64,000 nucleotides of DNA from Octopus sinensis (Eukaryota), in the NCBI RefSeq assembly GCF_006345805.1, contig NW_021832374.1, forward strand, positions 318,343-382,342, read 5' to 3'. Shown one piece after another: positions 16,085-28,500 of the stretch. Below the pieces are notes generated by a model. That model did no database searches. It was not told the origin of the DNA and saw only the letters and a list, made by a program, of their open reading frames with translations. Position 1 is the first letter of the stretch, and each line of letters starts with the position of its first letter. A program made the position numbers and the translations under genes.

Positions 16085-16340
16085 CAGATGTTTGGATTCT
16101 ACTATTCACATAGCAACAAAAAGACAACAAATTTCTTTCCCATCGGTAAGTGTCACCTGACTTGCTCCGAGTGGCTATTGAGCACGCACAAATCTATTGC
16201 TTACATTCGTTACTTTTGCTCCCTGGTGACATTAAATCAAATTCAAGACCGAAAGAACATGAACATTTTCTTTCCATCATGCAACTGAACTTTTATGGCA
16301 TTCATTTTCGGGGACGAGATACAATTCCTATTTTTGATAA
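16085..16340 (+). mobile_element. Degenerate 5' end of an Ingi/Vingi-like LINE (partial ribozyme, decayed 2A, APE start)
   Basis: LLLLPGDIKSNSRP..LSIMQLNFYGI parallels LLLIRCGDVEQNPGP..LTILQLNINGI; nucleotide similarity to the 3' half of the ribozyme (ttggat..tagcaacaaa). Second copy at 33877-34130. Confidence 0.65.
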
Positions 16341-16508
16341 GTTCGTGGATATGGAGGGGATATTTGCAGTGGATGTACATATATTTTTAAGAAAGTAGCC
16401 TCTAATGAACAGTGGTAAGAGTGCTGCCGTCTTTGAACGCACATTTTGTTTCTAAACATGTGTCACTTTCAGTAATAAGTGGACAGTCGCTGTAAAATTA
16501 ATACACTA

Positions 16509-16691
16509 CAGTAAAGTCTCTCATATTCGCCACTCTCTGATAACAGCCACAAAAATATATTTTAAATAGAAAATTCTGATATCTGTTAAAAGAGGATGAG
16601 CATGTTGATGAGCTAAAAATTGTCACTAATAAGAATGCTATTAAGCTTCACAAATAATCAAAGAAATGAACCTTAAATTAAATAAGACTTT
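16509..16691. mobile_element. Truncated copy of the pogo/Tigger-like MITE that is complete at 34302-34621
   Basis: TA + cagtaaagtctc left terminus; near-identical to 34302-34483. Confidence 0.7.
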
Positions 16692-16789
16692 CAACTTTGT
16701 TTAATTTTTTAGCCTTTGGAAAAAATGAGATAAAAACAGGTATGTTTAGAAAAGAAAATTTTATTAAAAATCTACAAGTGTCCCAAGAC

Positions 16790-17240
16790 TAATTTGACCC
16801 ACTGTAGATGTGTTGTTGTTGAGTGCTGTGGTCGGAAACCATGTTGTGACTTTGAGAGAGTGAGGAAAGGGTAAATTGATTTCAGGACAAATTTTTCTAG
16901 GATTTTTGATATGACAGAGATAAGTGAGATTGGCCTGAACGAGGCGGGGTCGCAGGGGTCCTTATTGGGCTTCAAAATTGGAATTTTAATAGATTTTTTC
17001 CAGACCATAGGTATTAGACCTGAGTTTAGCGATGTTTTGAATATATCCGATAGTGCAATCAACCCATTTTGGCCAAGATTTTTCAGATGGTATATGCAAA
17101 GACCGTCGGGTCCACAAACGTGAGAATTCTTAGCGTTTTTGATGAGTTGGCTTATTTCAGAAATCGATATAGTGATTTCTGGAGAGGGGATGTCCTTGTG
17201 ACTGTAGTAACTTTTATAATGTGAATACAGACACATTTTC
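16790..17240 (-). mobile_element. RT N-terminal fragment of Ingi/Vingi-like LINE
   Basis: GPDGL..HLKNLG, WKKS..IPILKPNKD...SFRPISLISVISKILE, QHGFRPQHST; close to the 18810..20500 RT. Confidence 0.85.
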
Positions 17241-20200
17241 AAGTTTAAGATATGTTTAACAATCTAATTTTATCATTACAGTTCCATCTCAAATAATACG
17301 ATTTTTAAGTTCCCAAAAGTCAACCGTACGCGATCTATTATGTATTTTAAATTACTTACTGTATAGGCTTTTTTCAAAACAGAAAATGTCTAAATTTACA
17401 AATAGGTCTCAGTCAATAATGTATAATGTATAATTTTTTTATACTTAGATATTCTCATATTAGGCCCGAAAATAGAGGGCTTGAGAAAAGTATGGAAATA
17501 GACACAATTTGAAAGAATACTGCAACATTAGAAAAGAAGAAGCATATCGTCCGTTAGTTTACTTATAGTATCCTTAATCAATCAATATGATATGCAAAGA
17601 GCAATCCATCCAATCAAATATTCGATGTCGCTAATTTACTATATTTCCTTGTTTTACTTTTTATCTTTAATAAGTTTCAATTGCTACATACAGTAGTCAC
17701 AATTAAATATACGATCACTAAAGATACATGTGTAGTACTTGACTCTATAAAATGATTGTTAATTCCACAAATGGTGCTACTTTAGTTTTCTTGTATTTAA
17801 ATACCTGAATTTAATAACCTGTAAAAAAGAGTTTAGTATTGAGTAACTTTACAGTAACATGCAAATAAATACAATTTTTGTGCTAATTAATATCATTCAA
17901 CTAAACCAATATTTCTCAACTATTATTGTAAACAAATGTATTTTCATAGAAAATCTAGATGAGAGCAAAATTCCGAATTTTTAATCATAAAAATATGTAT
18001 CAACATTCGGACATGTAATACTAAAAACATAGGAAGCATTGATCAATTACTTATTATAAAAAACAAATAATTTGGTGAGCAATTGAAATCGCACTTAATT
18101 AAATATTTGGATGCTACTAATTAATTAACACGGTTATTGATAATGCTCCGCACTTTCGCAATTAATTAGTACCATATATTAGATACAGGAGTCACAGTAC
18201 GTACAAAACGTTAACGTGGATTACTTTGATAAATTAACTAACTGGTCCAAGGTTCCCAGCAGTTCTTCCAAAGCAAATACATCCTCACTTTGACGGATTC
18301 TGATATACCAGCTGCTCTACAGGAAAGATTGGAGGAAGGCACGACTTTGATTGTGATAGAATATTCGTCACTTCAGTTTCTCAGTTCGAATGCTACTACT
18401 GGGATATACAGAAACAATAAATTGTCCAATCATTCATACGTACGATTGATGTTTGACTAAACACTCGACGAAAGAAGACCCTATAATATAAATTTGTATT
18501 AAAGTTTATTAATTTTAATATAAACTAATTTTACTAACCAATAATTATTTCATTACGGTCAACATAGATATAATAGATATACTATCGCGCTCTATTTGTT
18601 GGTTTATTAATTATTTATTTTGTTATAGTGAATGGAGAGTAATATACTGTGGACTACTCACTCTTTGGTGGACTGTATAATAAAAAGAGACCCAGAAAAA
18701 GAACCGAAATATGAACCGAAATATACTCCTTTCATCAATCTTATTATTTATTTATTTATTTATTACCCCCGGCCCCTTCAATTGAAGGAAGCCGGTGGCT
18801 AACAGAACGTTAGGGCAATGTCGGACGCTCCCAAAGATCCCCGATCGTGATCCGGTGTTCCGAGGAAGTAGAAGGCGGGCCTGGACAGGAGAAAAGGTCG
18901 TTGAGGGAATAGGAAGGGGTTATTTCACCAAGACCGATTTTTATGCGATAATCGTGTAGGCCAGTATGGTGGCCACAGCGGAGACGAGCCAAGTTCACTC
19001 GGGCTTCTCTTGAGAGGGAGGATTCGATCTTATTAATTGGCGGCGGAAGGCGTCCCAGAAGCTTGTTTATTCCAAGACATCTGATTGCCCTCGTAGCCAC
19101 CAGGTCGTGAATCCCCTTCTGGTTAATGTCCGGAGGGGATCGTATAAGCTTGCGGACTTTGTCCGCGAGGGTCGGAACTATTCTCCTGTTGTTAGTGGAG
19201 TGCCAGAGGAAGTAGCCAGGGTGATTTAGGGTTCGGCATTTGTCAAGAAATTGCAGCCCGAGCATTTCAAAATGGTCACTGATTGGGAGGATTTTCGATT
19301 CCCAATGTAGGTGGTCGGTAGGTGTCGTTTTTAGACAGCCGGTAATAATTCGTAATGCTGAGTTTTGAGTTCTCTGAAGTTTTTCAAGGTTTGTATTAGA
19401 TAAGCAGGAACCCCAAGCAGGGATGGCGTAGTTCATAGTTGTTCTAATAAACTGCTTGTATACAGTTGTTAGACTTTCCTTATCCTGCCCAAATGAAGTC
19501 CCCGCAATAGCTCGGAGCACATTGAGTTTTTTCTGGGATTTTCCACAGATATATGAAACATGTTTCGAGAAGGACAAACAGCAATCAAATATCAGACCCA
19601 AGATTTTGGGGGATTTTTCAACTGGGAGTGGAGTGTTGTCTAGGAATAGTTTAGGCTCTAAGTTGAACTGACGGCGGTCAGTTGTGAATAGCGTAACAGA
19701 TGATTTGGAAGGAGAAGGTTGAAGAAGATTGCATTTCAGCCAGGACGAAAGAGTGTTCATGTGTTCCTGCAGAAATCCAGAAGCGGTGATTATGTTTTGG
19801 TGGCGGGAGGCAAAAATTAAGTCATCAGCGTAGGAGAGGAGTAGAGTATTATTGTTCGTCGGGATATTTGACAGATGTAAGTTAAATAAGGCAGGTGAAA
19901 GGACCGAGCCTTGGGGAACTCCGTTAGGCAAGTATTTGTAGCGTGAGTAAGAAGACATGATTGTGGTGCGACCAAGACGCCCAGAGAGAAAAGAGAGTAG
20001 CCATGACTTTATTTGGTGGGGGAATTCCGTATCGGTTATTTTCCTACACAGAACGTGTCTTGACGTTCTGTCAAATGCCTTTTCAATGTCGATGGATGCA
20101 ATAATTGTTCTTTGAGGTGGCTTATGATTGTTAAACCCATCCGCAATGAATTGTGTCAGTTTTGAAAGATGGGTGGAAGTGGAATGCAAAGAACGAAAGC

Positions 20201-21840
20201 CATGTTGAGATTCAGCAAATGGGAGGAAAGGTTTTATGATGCTCAATACAACTCGCTCTGTTATTTTTGAAACCACTGAGATCAAAGAGATAGGTCGAAA
20301 AGAGGAGGGGTCAGAGGTATCACGATTTGGCTTTGGGATAGGGATGATGGTAGATTTCTTCCAAAGCATAGGAACCAGACCATGGTTGATCGAGTATTCG
20401 ATTAAATTGGTCAGAGCCAGAAAGCCATTAGGACCCAGATTTTTTAGGTGGTGGATGGCAAGGCCATCAGGACCTCTGGCGTTAGAATTCCGCGAGTTAA
20501 CAACAAGTTGCCTGGTAAATGATTCTGGGATGTTAATATAGTCAGTAGAATTGTCATTTGACTTATAATGTGATTTTCTTACGAAACGGAGATCCTTTGG
20601 GGTAGGAAGGTGACTGATTTTTGCATAATGGCGAATTAAGATGTTGGCTTGATCCTGGAAAGATAGGACAGACTTTTTGGTCGAGATACCGGTGGCATGT
20701 GAGAGGGGACATGTTTGCCTCGTGTGAATTTTCTTGAGGGTTCTCCAGAAAGCACGGGATCCAGTATTTGGGGTTATTGAAGTGATAAAATCATTCCATT
20801 CGTCAGTTTTATGTTTCTTGATTAATTCGTCAATTTGTTTGTTGATTTCTGCTAGGGATTCTCCATTTCCATTGATAGAAGTCGTCGATTTGATCCTCCT
20901 TCGTTTTTTGAATAGTTCAATGATAGGTGGGGGGAAGTGGAGGCCGTGATTTCGGATGAAGCCGCGGGGAATAAATTTTTTGTCCGCAGAAAGAAGTGTA
21001 CTAGTAAAGAAAGCAACGGCAGCGTCAAATGATTGAATGGAGGAGCAAGAAAAATTACTGAATATACGTTCAGTTTCACTCCTGAACGAGTCCCATTTCC
21101 ACGTTTGTAGTTAATGTAGGTCTTCGTAATTCTCTTCTTTACAGGGTGATGGTTTATTTTGATTAGAATAGGATTGTGGTCCGTTGGTAGGTCGTACAGA
21201 ACTGTCCATTTGGCGTCGAGGGCGATGTTTGGGGAACATAAGGTAATGTCAGGAGAAGTGTTTGAATCTCCAGGTCGCATTGCACAGCGGGTGTGTAGAA
21301 GAGGGTCGTTTAGAGTGACCAATTCTTCCGCATCCGTTGTGATTTGCTGGCCACGTTTGTCAGTTTTGTTTGTGGATAACCAGAGAGGATGGTGGGCGTT
21401 GAAGTCGCCACATAGAATACAGTTTTCAATTGAAAAAAGAGGCAGTAAGTTCGGTGTATAATTGGGAGCACATGACGAAATCGGGGGGATATATGTGTTA
21501 ACAACAGAGTAACATATCTTGTTAATGTTAATTTGAATAGATGAAATTTCGGTAAATCGATCATTAGTTAAGAGAGATTCAATGTTGGCAGTTGAGTCTG
21601 CAAAGGGAATGGCCTCGTGAATGAGAGTAATGAGACCACCGCCAGGCTTTCCAGACTGGCGGTCACGACGAATGGTGGAATATCCCTTAAAACGGGGGGT
21701 TGGGATTTTGGAGTAAGTTTGGTCTCTTGAATAAGAGCTATATCAATAGAGTTCGTGTGTAGAAAGTAGCGTAGGTCATTGCATTTCTTGGAAATCCCGT
21801 TGATGTTCAATTGAAGGATGGTTAGTGTTCTAATAGGCTC

Positions 21841-21900
21841 AGGTCCAGGGTTTTGTTCCACATCTCCACACCGAATCAACAATAGAGTCAGGGAACGTAA
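21841..21900 (-). other. 2A-like ribosomal StopGo peptide
   Basis: LRSLTLLLIRCGDVEQNPG|P matches the D(V/I)ExNPGP consensus, immediately before the APE domain. Confidence 0.9.
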
Positions 21901-21968
21901 GCTTGGCGCTCGTCCCGTAGCCACTACCAACCAAACCGTTGACAGGTTGGTTGGCAAGGGGGAAAAAT

Positions 21969-22039
21969 TGGTTCTGTTTGTTGCTGATGAGAAATCAGCA
22001 TCCAATCGTCTCCACGAGAAGGTGAACCACATGACGATC
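21969..22039 (-). ncRNA. HDV-like self-cleaving ribozyme at the LINE 5' end
   Basis: P1 GAUCGUC/GACGAUU (G1-U wobble); J1/2 AUG; P2 UGGUUC/GAACCA; P3 (A)CC/GG(A); L3 UUCUCGU; P1.1 GG; P4 UGCUGAU/AUCAGCA; J4/2 A-C-AAA-CA. G1 is exactly the element boundary next to the TSD. Confidence 0.85.
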
Positions 22040-22937
22040 TTCATCAATCTTATTAAAAAAATGTCTTCAAAACACCAGAAATACCTCGACTCTGTAACCT
22101 CCCAATTGGAGTTGATAAATTCCCCTTTCGATACCACTCTCGTTTCTGTACTCGAACAAATGTTTCGAACAAACTCAGTAAATAGTTGGGGAGGACTGGT
22201 CATGCTATTTTTGTTAGCACATGATTTGGCGGAAAAGAATCCCGAATATAGTGGACTAATAAAAGATGTATTCATCGAGCACATCAATCGGGTGTATTCT
22301 GGGTGGGTGTCCAGGCAGGGAGGATGGGTTTATATTCTGCCATCATTTATAGCACAAACTATTCGTGGCTAAATATTTGGCAGTGGAGAATACGTTTAGT
22401 TTGGTTGGGTTTCTGTCATCTAAAATAACCAGTTTGTTTGTCAATTAATTATTATTGTTTTATTTATAAGATCAAAGTAATTGACATTTAATGTGGCCAG
22501 TTCGATCGGTTAAATCGATTTGGTTTTATAAGATAGTCATGTCCTATCGATTCTAAGGACGATTTGGATATTGGCATTTGTAAATATTAATTAATTTTAT
22601 GTTTCGTGGGGATGTTGCTCTTTGTCTATTATGGTCTATAAATACTTAATTGCTGTTTAATTTTAATCAAGTCGTTTAATAATTGTTGTAATAAATACTT
22701 CCAACTGTTTATTTATAGATATTTTAATAAGGTTTTAAAAAGAGATATGGCTCGAAATGAAAACAGATTTTTGTGCCTAGTAGAAATCTGTCTTTTTCAA
22801 ATAAAGATTAATATTATATAAATAGTGTTTATTGGAACTATATCTACTATAAAATTTTTATAATTAAAATAATTTTTGATTCTTATTAAAAATTTAATAA
22901 ATTCATAAATTAGTACCCTTATGTGTGTAATTTTTTA

Positions 22938-24999
22938 ATGACTGAAACGATCAACTTAACGGAGAATAATGAACCTAATAAAATTCAAAAAGAAATAATA
23001 ATTCATTTTGATCGAAATAAATACTCAAGCACTGATTTCCCAACACTCGAATTCTATTACGACGATCTCCTGGCTTCTTCTGACCAACTCAATTTAACCA
23101 GCAAAATACCAAAAAAAGACTCAAAGAACTAAGGGTATCGAAAAGAATTCAAAAAGAATTTGTAAACAATCAAATCCATTTTAGAGTAAACTAATTGAAG
23201 ACAGAGGAGTCAACGAACGGGAAGCTTTAATGCTCATGGAAAAATTTCCCCACCTCAACTACGGTTATGACACATCCGACCCGTTCGTGGACGACTCTGA
23301 AATTGTATTTATCCCTAAAAACGTGTTGTAGTATGATGAATGCATTCCTTTCGATATGCGAACCAAAATTGAGGGGTTTTACTTGAATGACGGACCTGTG
23401 GAATATTATTTCGAAGATTCTGAACACTCCGACTCCGTGTTTACTCCCAAATCCAAAAGAAAGTGTAAAAACGAGGACAAACATCCAGAAACTGAAGCAA
23501 AAGACAAAAAAATAAACACAAAAACAAACAGTCTTCGAACTCATTTAAATCAACAGTTTCCGGATTTATAGCCAATTATGTGGAGAAGTGGTATTATATC
23601 ATCGAATCAGCCTCCAATTTGGTATTTGGGGATTCTTTCGACCCGATTGATAGTCTGCTGTCACTAATCCCTTCAAAAATGTCCCAAACTATCGACAAGC
23701 TCATAACCCCGTTGTTTAAGACAAATGGTGGTGATCTTCTTGACGATTTGGTGGCCCACAGTCCGCCAACCCGCCCTTCATTGACACATTTGGCCTCGGA
23801 ACTGCCTGCTGGGTATTATCAGCCCGTTATTGCTGCTTTATATCGTTTTTTGGAGGTTTTGATGTTTTTGCAGTCTCTAGTCCATGGAATTGAAAGGTGG
23901 TCGTCTGGACTGCCCTCGCAAACCGGATTTCGAAGACACAAAAACATTATTTGTGTTACTAAATAAGTAATATAAATTAGGTTATTCGTCAACTATCGAC
24001 GATTTGGGCTGTCTGAGCAACAGTGGGAGACAATACAAAATATTATTTCAACTGGACTTAACTTGTCTCCAAAAACTGACAAAACATCGATTTTGAAGAT
24101 ATTGTGAAATGTTACTGCGGGGGGATTGACAAAGGGTTGATAGCTTGTTAGTAGTATTGGCACTACTGTCTAGATTTGCAGGACATTGAGAGGAGGGGCA
24201 CAGGAGGAATCCACTCAAGTTTTTGTAAAAAAGCACAAATTCATATTTTCGTCTTGTCAAATGTACATATTTGTATATTTGTTTGTAGAAAGTTGATAAG
24301 AGCGGTATTTATTAATATATTTATTGGCCATCAATGTGGAGACCATGTCGATCGAGACATTTCTCCACCAAACAAACACGTTTTTGAATCATCTGGTCTC
24401 CGAATTTGGCGGAGTGGTTTGTGGAATAACGAGGAATGGACTGATGAAACAAGCAGACATTGATTTCAGTCCATTGAGACGTATTGTGAAGAAGAACGCA
24501 CAGTAGTTCTCCATTTATATTTTAGATTGTCAAAAAGTGCCACAGAAGTGGGACAAGGCACTGATAAAACGAATTTCGGAGCTATCGAACCCACAAATAT
24601 GTCACTTCCCGATAATATGACTGAAAAAGCAAACATTTGTGACAAGTCTGTTAATTTGGGGACAGTCTTCCTGAGATTTATACATCTCCGATTAAAACAC
24701 CCGCCAACTGTGACCCCGAGAATATGATTTTGCCGAGCAGTTCTAATTCACTCATATCCCAACCGATTGCTATAAATTCGGGGAAAAGTAAGGCACAGAC
24801 GTGTGTCCCCGATTCTCCCCCTGTGAAGAGGTCTTCCCTTCCAAATTCAGTTGGGGATACATCATATGGGGGGTTGTTTTCTCCTGTCCAAAATACGGGC
24901 TTGTTGATGAGGCCTTCACAGAATGTGCATATTGGTGGGGGACTGCAGTCGAGTCCGTCCGACATCCATTTAATGGGGAGAATTATTGGCAGTCGCTGA
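22938..24999 (+). CDS. UBN1: Ubinuclein/yemanuclein-like HIRA-complex subunit; multi-exon, 3' end approximate
   Basis: LEFYYDDLL; HUN/HRD domain GYDTSDPFVDDSEI|YDECIPFDMRTKIEGFYLNDGPVEY. Symbol denotes the UBN1/2 family. Confidence 0.8.
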
Positions 25000-25597
25000 A
25001 CAGAGCGTTTTTGAATCCTCGGAATAATTTGTTTTTTACTCCAAGTTCCAAGTATTCCTCCTATCTTTGGAATCCATCACGACCAAAACAGAGACCTTCC
25101 AGCTATCAACATAATCGACCTCCATACTGATTCACTATTTGTACATTTATGTATTATGTGTCCTATAATTTTTGGAAATTTCTCAGTGACAGATTGTTTG
25201 AGCAGGGTTTTTCAGTAGTTAAGAAATCAAATGTTAAGGCAGAGTTTGGATGCGATGTAAATATGAAATTATTTTTATAAAAAATACTAGATCTGGTTTC
25301 CATAAAAATTGTATATTTCCAGCTCTGTTTATTTTAATCTGTTCCCCGATTCGAATTCTTTTTTGGTTTACTATAGACTTCATTATTTAAAGTTGTTGAA
25401 AAATTTTAGCCTAATGAACTTACACTACATTTTGAAAGCGTAAATCTTGATTCATCATCATTGAGTTTGCCTTAATTGGCATTTACAAATCAAAGAATGT
25501 TAAGTAAAACGATTTTATTTTTATATTTTGAAAACACGACTTTTTTAAACTAAAATCGAGGTTAATCAACAAATTTTATTCGTTGCTTATCATTGCA

Positions 25598-28500
25598 GTA
25601 GTTGCCGATTTTTAAACCAATAATAACTTAATAGTTAATCAGAAACTAAGCAGATCTCACTCCAGCTCGCTGATATCCACTCTCCTTCTCTTGGAAGAAG
25701 AGTCTACTTCCAGCTGCCTCTTACTCCCCACTACCACATCTGATTCAACCATTGCATCTTCTTTAGCATTCATTGGGTCGTCTTCATTTTTGCATGCCAT
25801 CTCCACATACCGGTTGGAAGCAGAAGCGTATTCTTCACCAGATACCTTCATTCCGTGCTTGTGTTCGATCATCATACTCTCGAGCGTTCTTTTCAGTACA
25901 ACGGATTGGATGTATGTCCTCGTTCCTGCTTCAATAGATAATTTCTTCATATAATTTTTGAAGCATTTCGAGACAACTCCATCCCATGTCATAACCACAG
26001 GAATTATTTTTACTTGACAGCTATACAGAAGCGAAAGCTCACTTGCCAATAGGTCATACTTGTGACACTTTTCAACCTCCACTTGCTTGAGGCGATCCTG
26101 TGAAGTAATACCCACTTCAATTAGATTTATTTCGTTTCTGACTTTGTCGTGGACAAAGATATCTGGCTTGTTATATTCTACTTTTGTTTCGGTGAGGATT
26201 GTAGAATCAACCCTGATTTCAACTTTTCCCGTCGACAGTGTTGACTGAACAGAATGTCCCTTCAATCGTCTTGCTTTTTTGAGTCCATACATTCGGCACA
26301 AGTTAAGGTGAATACACTTCACAACTTCGTTGTGTCTCCGGAGATAATCACTGTTGAGCATTTTACCACACTGAGTAGCCATGTGGTCAACAGTTTTCTT
26401 GCTTTTCTTACAATGATTGCATAATGAGTCAGCGGATGCAAAGAACAAGTTTCGATCTTGCAAAAGACAATACAATGCTTCGCTTCGTGGCCCATTATTT
26501 CCATTAGATAGCCATTCTGAGGATGCAGGTAAATCAACATTAGGTTCATCCACACATTTGAAAAGCACAGAATGTAGTGCTTTAGAACTAATTTTCTTTT
26601 GTAAATATTGTATCTGACTGGACTTTAGAGACTCTATAGTAATACTCTTCTATCAATAATTGCATATTTGGAGGATAGAAATCCTGCGATCATAGCCAAA
26701 TGCCATTTATTCATTTTAATTACACGCAGAATCCCCGCCCTCCGTAAGCATATAGTTGACATATTTTCCAGACTCGTAAGGAACTGAAAAGCATTAGTTC
26801 ACTTTTGAAAGTAACTGATGAAAGCCCTCTTCCAAGAGCCTTCCGGTTTAAATACAGTCTCTCTTTATTTGCAGGTTTGAGATGTAATCTGAGCGACGTA
26901 AGCAATTGCCGTATTTGTCTGTCAATATCATCAAATTCAGAAGGTTCAATATTGATTAGCCCAATATAATAATTATATAGTGACAATGCATATTCATTTA
27001 TAGCACGAAACAGATTCACAGAGTTGAGTTTTGTTTTCGATAGCATAGTTATCCTCTTCTTAACATTCTCAAAGATAGAGTCCATAACTCTATTCTTAAG
27101 AACATTGCTTCCACCATCTTCAAGTACACCCAAATACCGATATCCATTGATTCCGTCAATAGTCTTACAACATGATAATGATTCCAAATTAGACGCTGAT
27201 TTTTCTGAATTCATCTCCAAACCAACAATTTTAAAAAATCCGTTAACAGCTTCCATCATTTTGAGTAAAGTGTCTTGTTTGAGAGCAAATATTTTTAGAT
27301 CGTCAATAAATAGCAAATGATTAGTAGAATATGTTAACATATTGGGATCTTCCTGGTTAATTTCAAGTTTTGGAAACACGGAATTAAGGATCCTGCTTAG
27401 AGGATCTAATACCATAACAAATAGTAAAGGAGACAATGAGTCTCCCTGTAAAATTCCTCGGTTTAACTTCACTGATCCAATTCTTCTACCTTCCATATGC
27501 AGCTTTACTGCCCACTTCTTAACTACGCTCTTCACAAAGTTTACGATCCAAAGCGGGATTCCAGAACAATCCAAAACGTGAAACAAAAAATCATGATCAA
27601 CTGAGTCATATGCTTTCTTCACATCGACCCAAGCAGAATAAAGGCCATTCCCGTACTCCTTGTTCAAACATTGGTTAATGAGAGCTTGCTCCTTGGCGCC
27701 TTGACAATACTTCCTCGTTCCAAGTTGGTTGTCTGAAATTAGGCCAAATGCCTCGACAAAATCAGCCAGTTTTACATTAACACATTTGGTGACAAGTTTA
27801 TACAATGTCGGCATACACGTTATAGGACGTAAGTCCTTCGGGGTCTCACAATCATCTTTTTTAGGAATCAAATATGTTATTCCAGTGTAAAACCAACTTT
27901 CAGGCATGTACTCTCCATTAATTATTCGGGTTATCTCGTGACACAGAAATCCATGTAATGACTCCATCTTCTTAATGAAAAAGTTATATATCCCATCACA
28001 TCCACATGCCTTCCAGTCAGGAAGATACTTAATAACATTTCCAAAAAACTCTTCCGTAAACTCTGGAAGCATATGTTCAGCACAAGTAGTTCGTTTTCCA
28101 ACAACGTCATAAGATTGAGGCCTCCATTTCTCTCGCTCCAGACTTTTTGCCAAAAAGAGACACATTCTTCATCATCAAATCCATACAGCGTCACTTCCTC
28201 TTTCTTTGTTAAGTCTCGATAGAATCTTTTTCGATTTAATTCAAAGCACTGATTATCCTTACGAAATTGCTTCCTTGAATTATGAACTTCTATTTTCTTA
28301 TTGTTAATCCTAATCAGGTCTTGCAATAATATCTGAATCCTCGACAGCTCACCTTTCTTAGTTTTCTTATACCCATAGCGACAGAGAACATCCATTACCT
28401 TTTGCTTTTCAGATGGAGGTAGTGTTTGATTGGAATGGGAATTAACAATTTCCAATTCTGCAGATAATTTTGAAATTTTCTTTTCAATATTTTCTACCCA

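Larger units (their letters stand above)
18747..22039 (-). mobile_element. Full-length Ingi/Vingi-like non-LTR retrotransposon (2A-APE-RT, no RNase H seen), several frameshifts
   Basis: 16-bp TSD ttcatcaatcttatta (18731-18746 and 22040-22055); (TAAA)n 3' tail; APE motifs QLNING, QETKL, GDFNAHH, SPDIT, TDHNPI; RT motifs GVPQGSVLSP, YADD; C-terminal ARLRCGH..LFSCP. Confidence 0.92.
18632..22448 (+). pseudogene. Bcl-2 family gene interrupted by a LINE insertion (exon pieces 18632-18746, 22056-22327, 22353-22448)
   Basis: Removing the LINE and one TSD gives MESNILWTTHSLVDCIIK...PFINLIKKMSSKH...LEQMFRTNSVNSWGGLVMLFLLA (BH1)...GWVSRQGGW (BH2), then a 25-nt intron 22328-22352 at the usual post-GGW position, then HKLF...LFVN*. 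Confidence 0.85.

Noticed and set aside
21568-22287. ORF-track 239-aa minus ORF as a LINE ORF starting at 22287
   Set aside because: Its first ~80 codons lie outside the TSD and are antisense Bcl-2 sequence; the element begins at 22039.
21818-22372. LINE carrying a Bcl-2 cargo gene
   Set aside because: The TSD and the matching 5' exon at 18632-18746 show an insertion into a host gene, not capture by the element.
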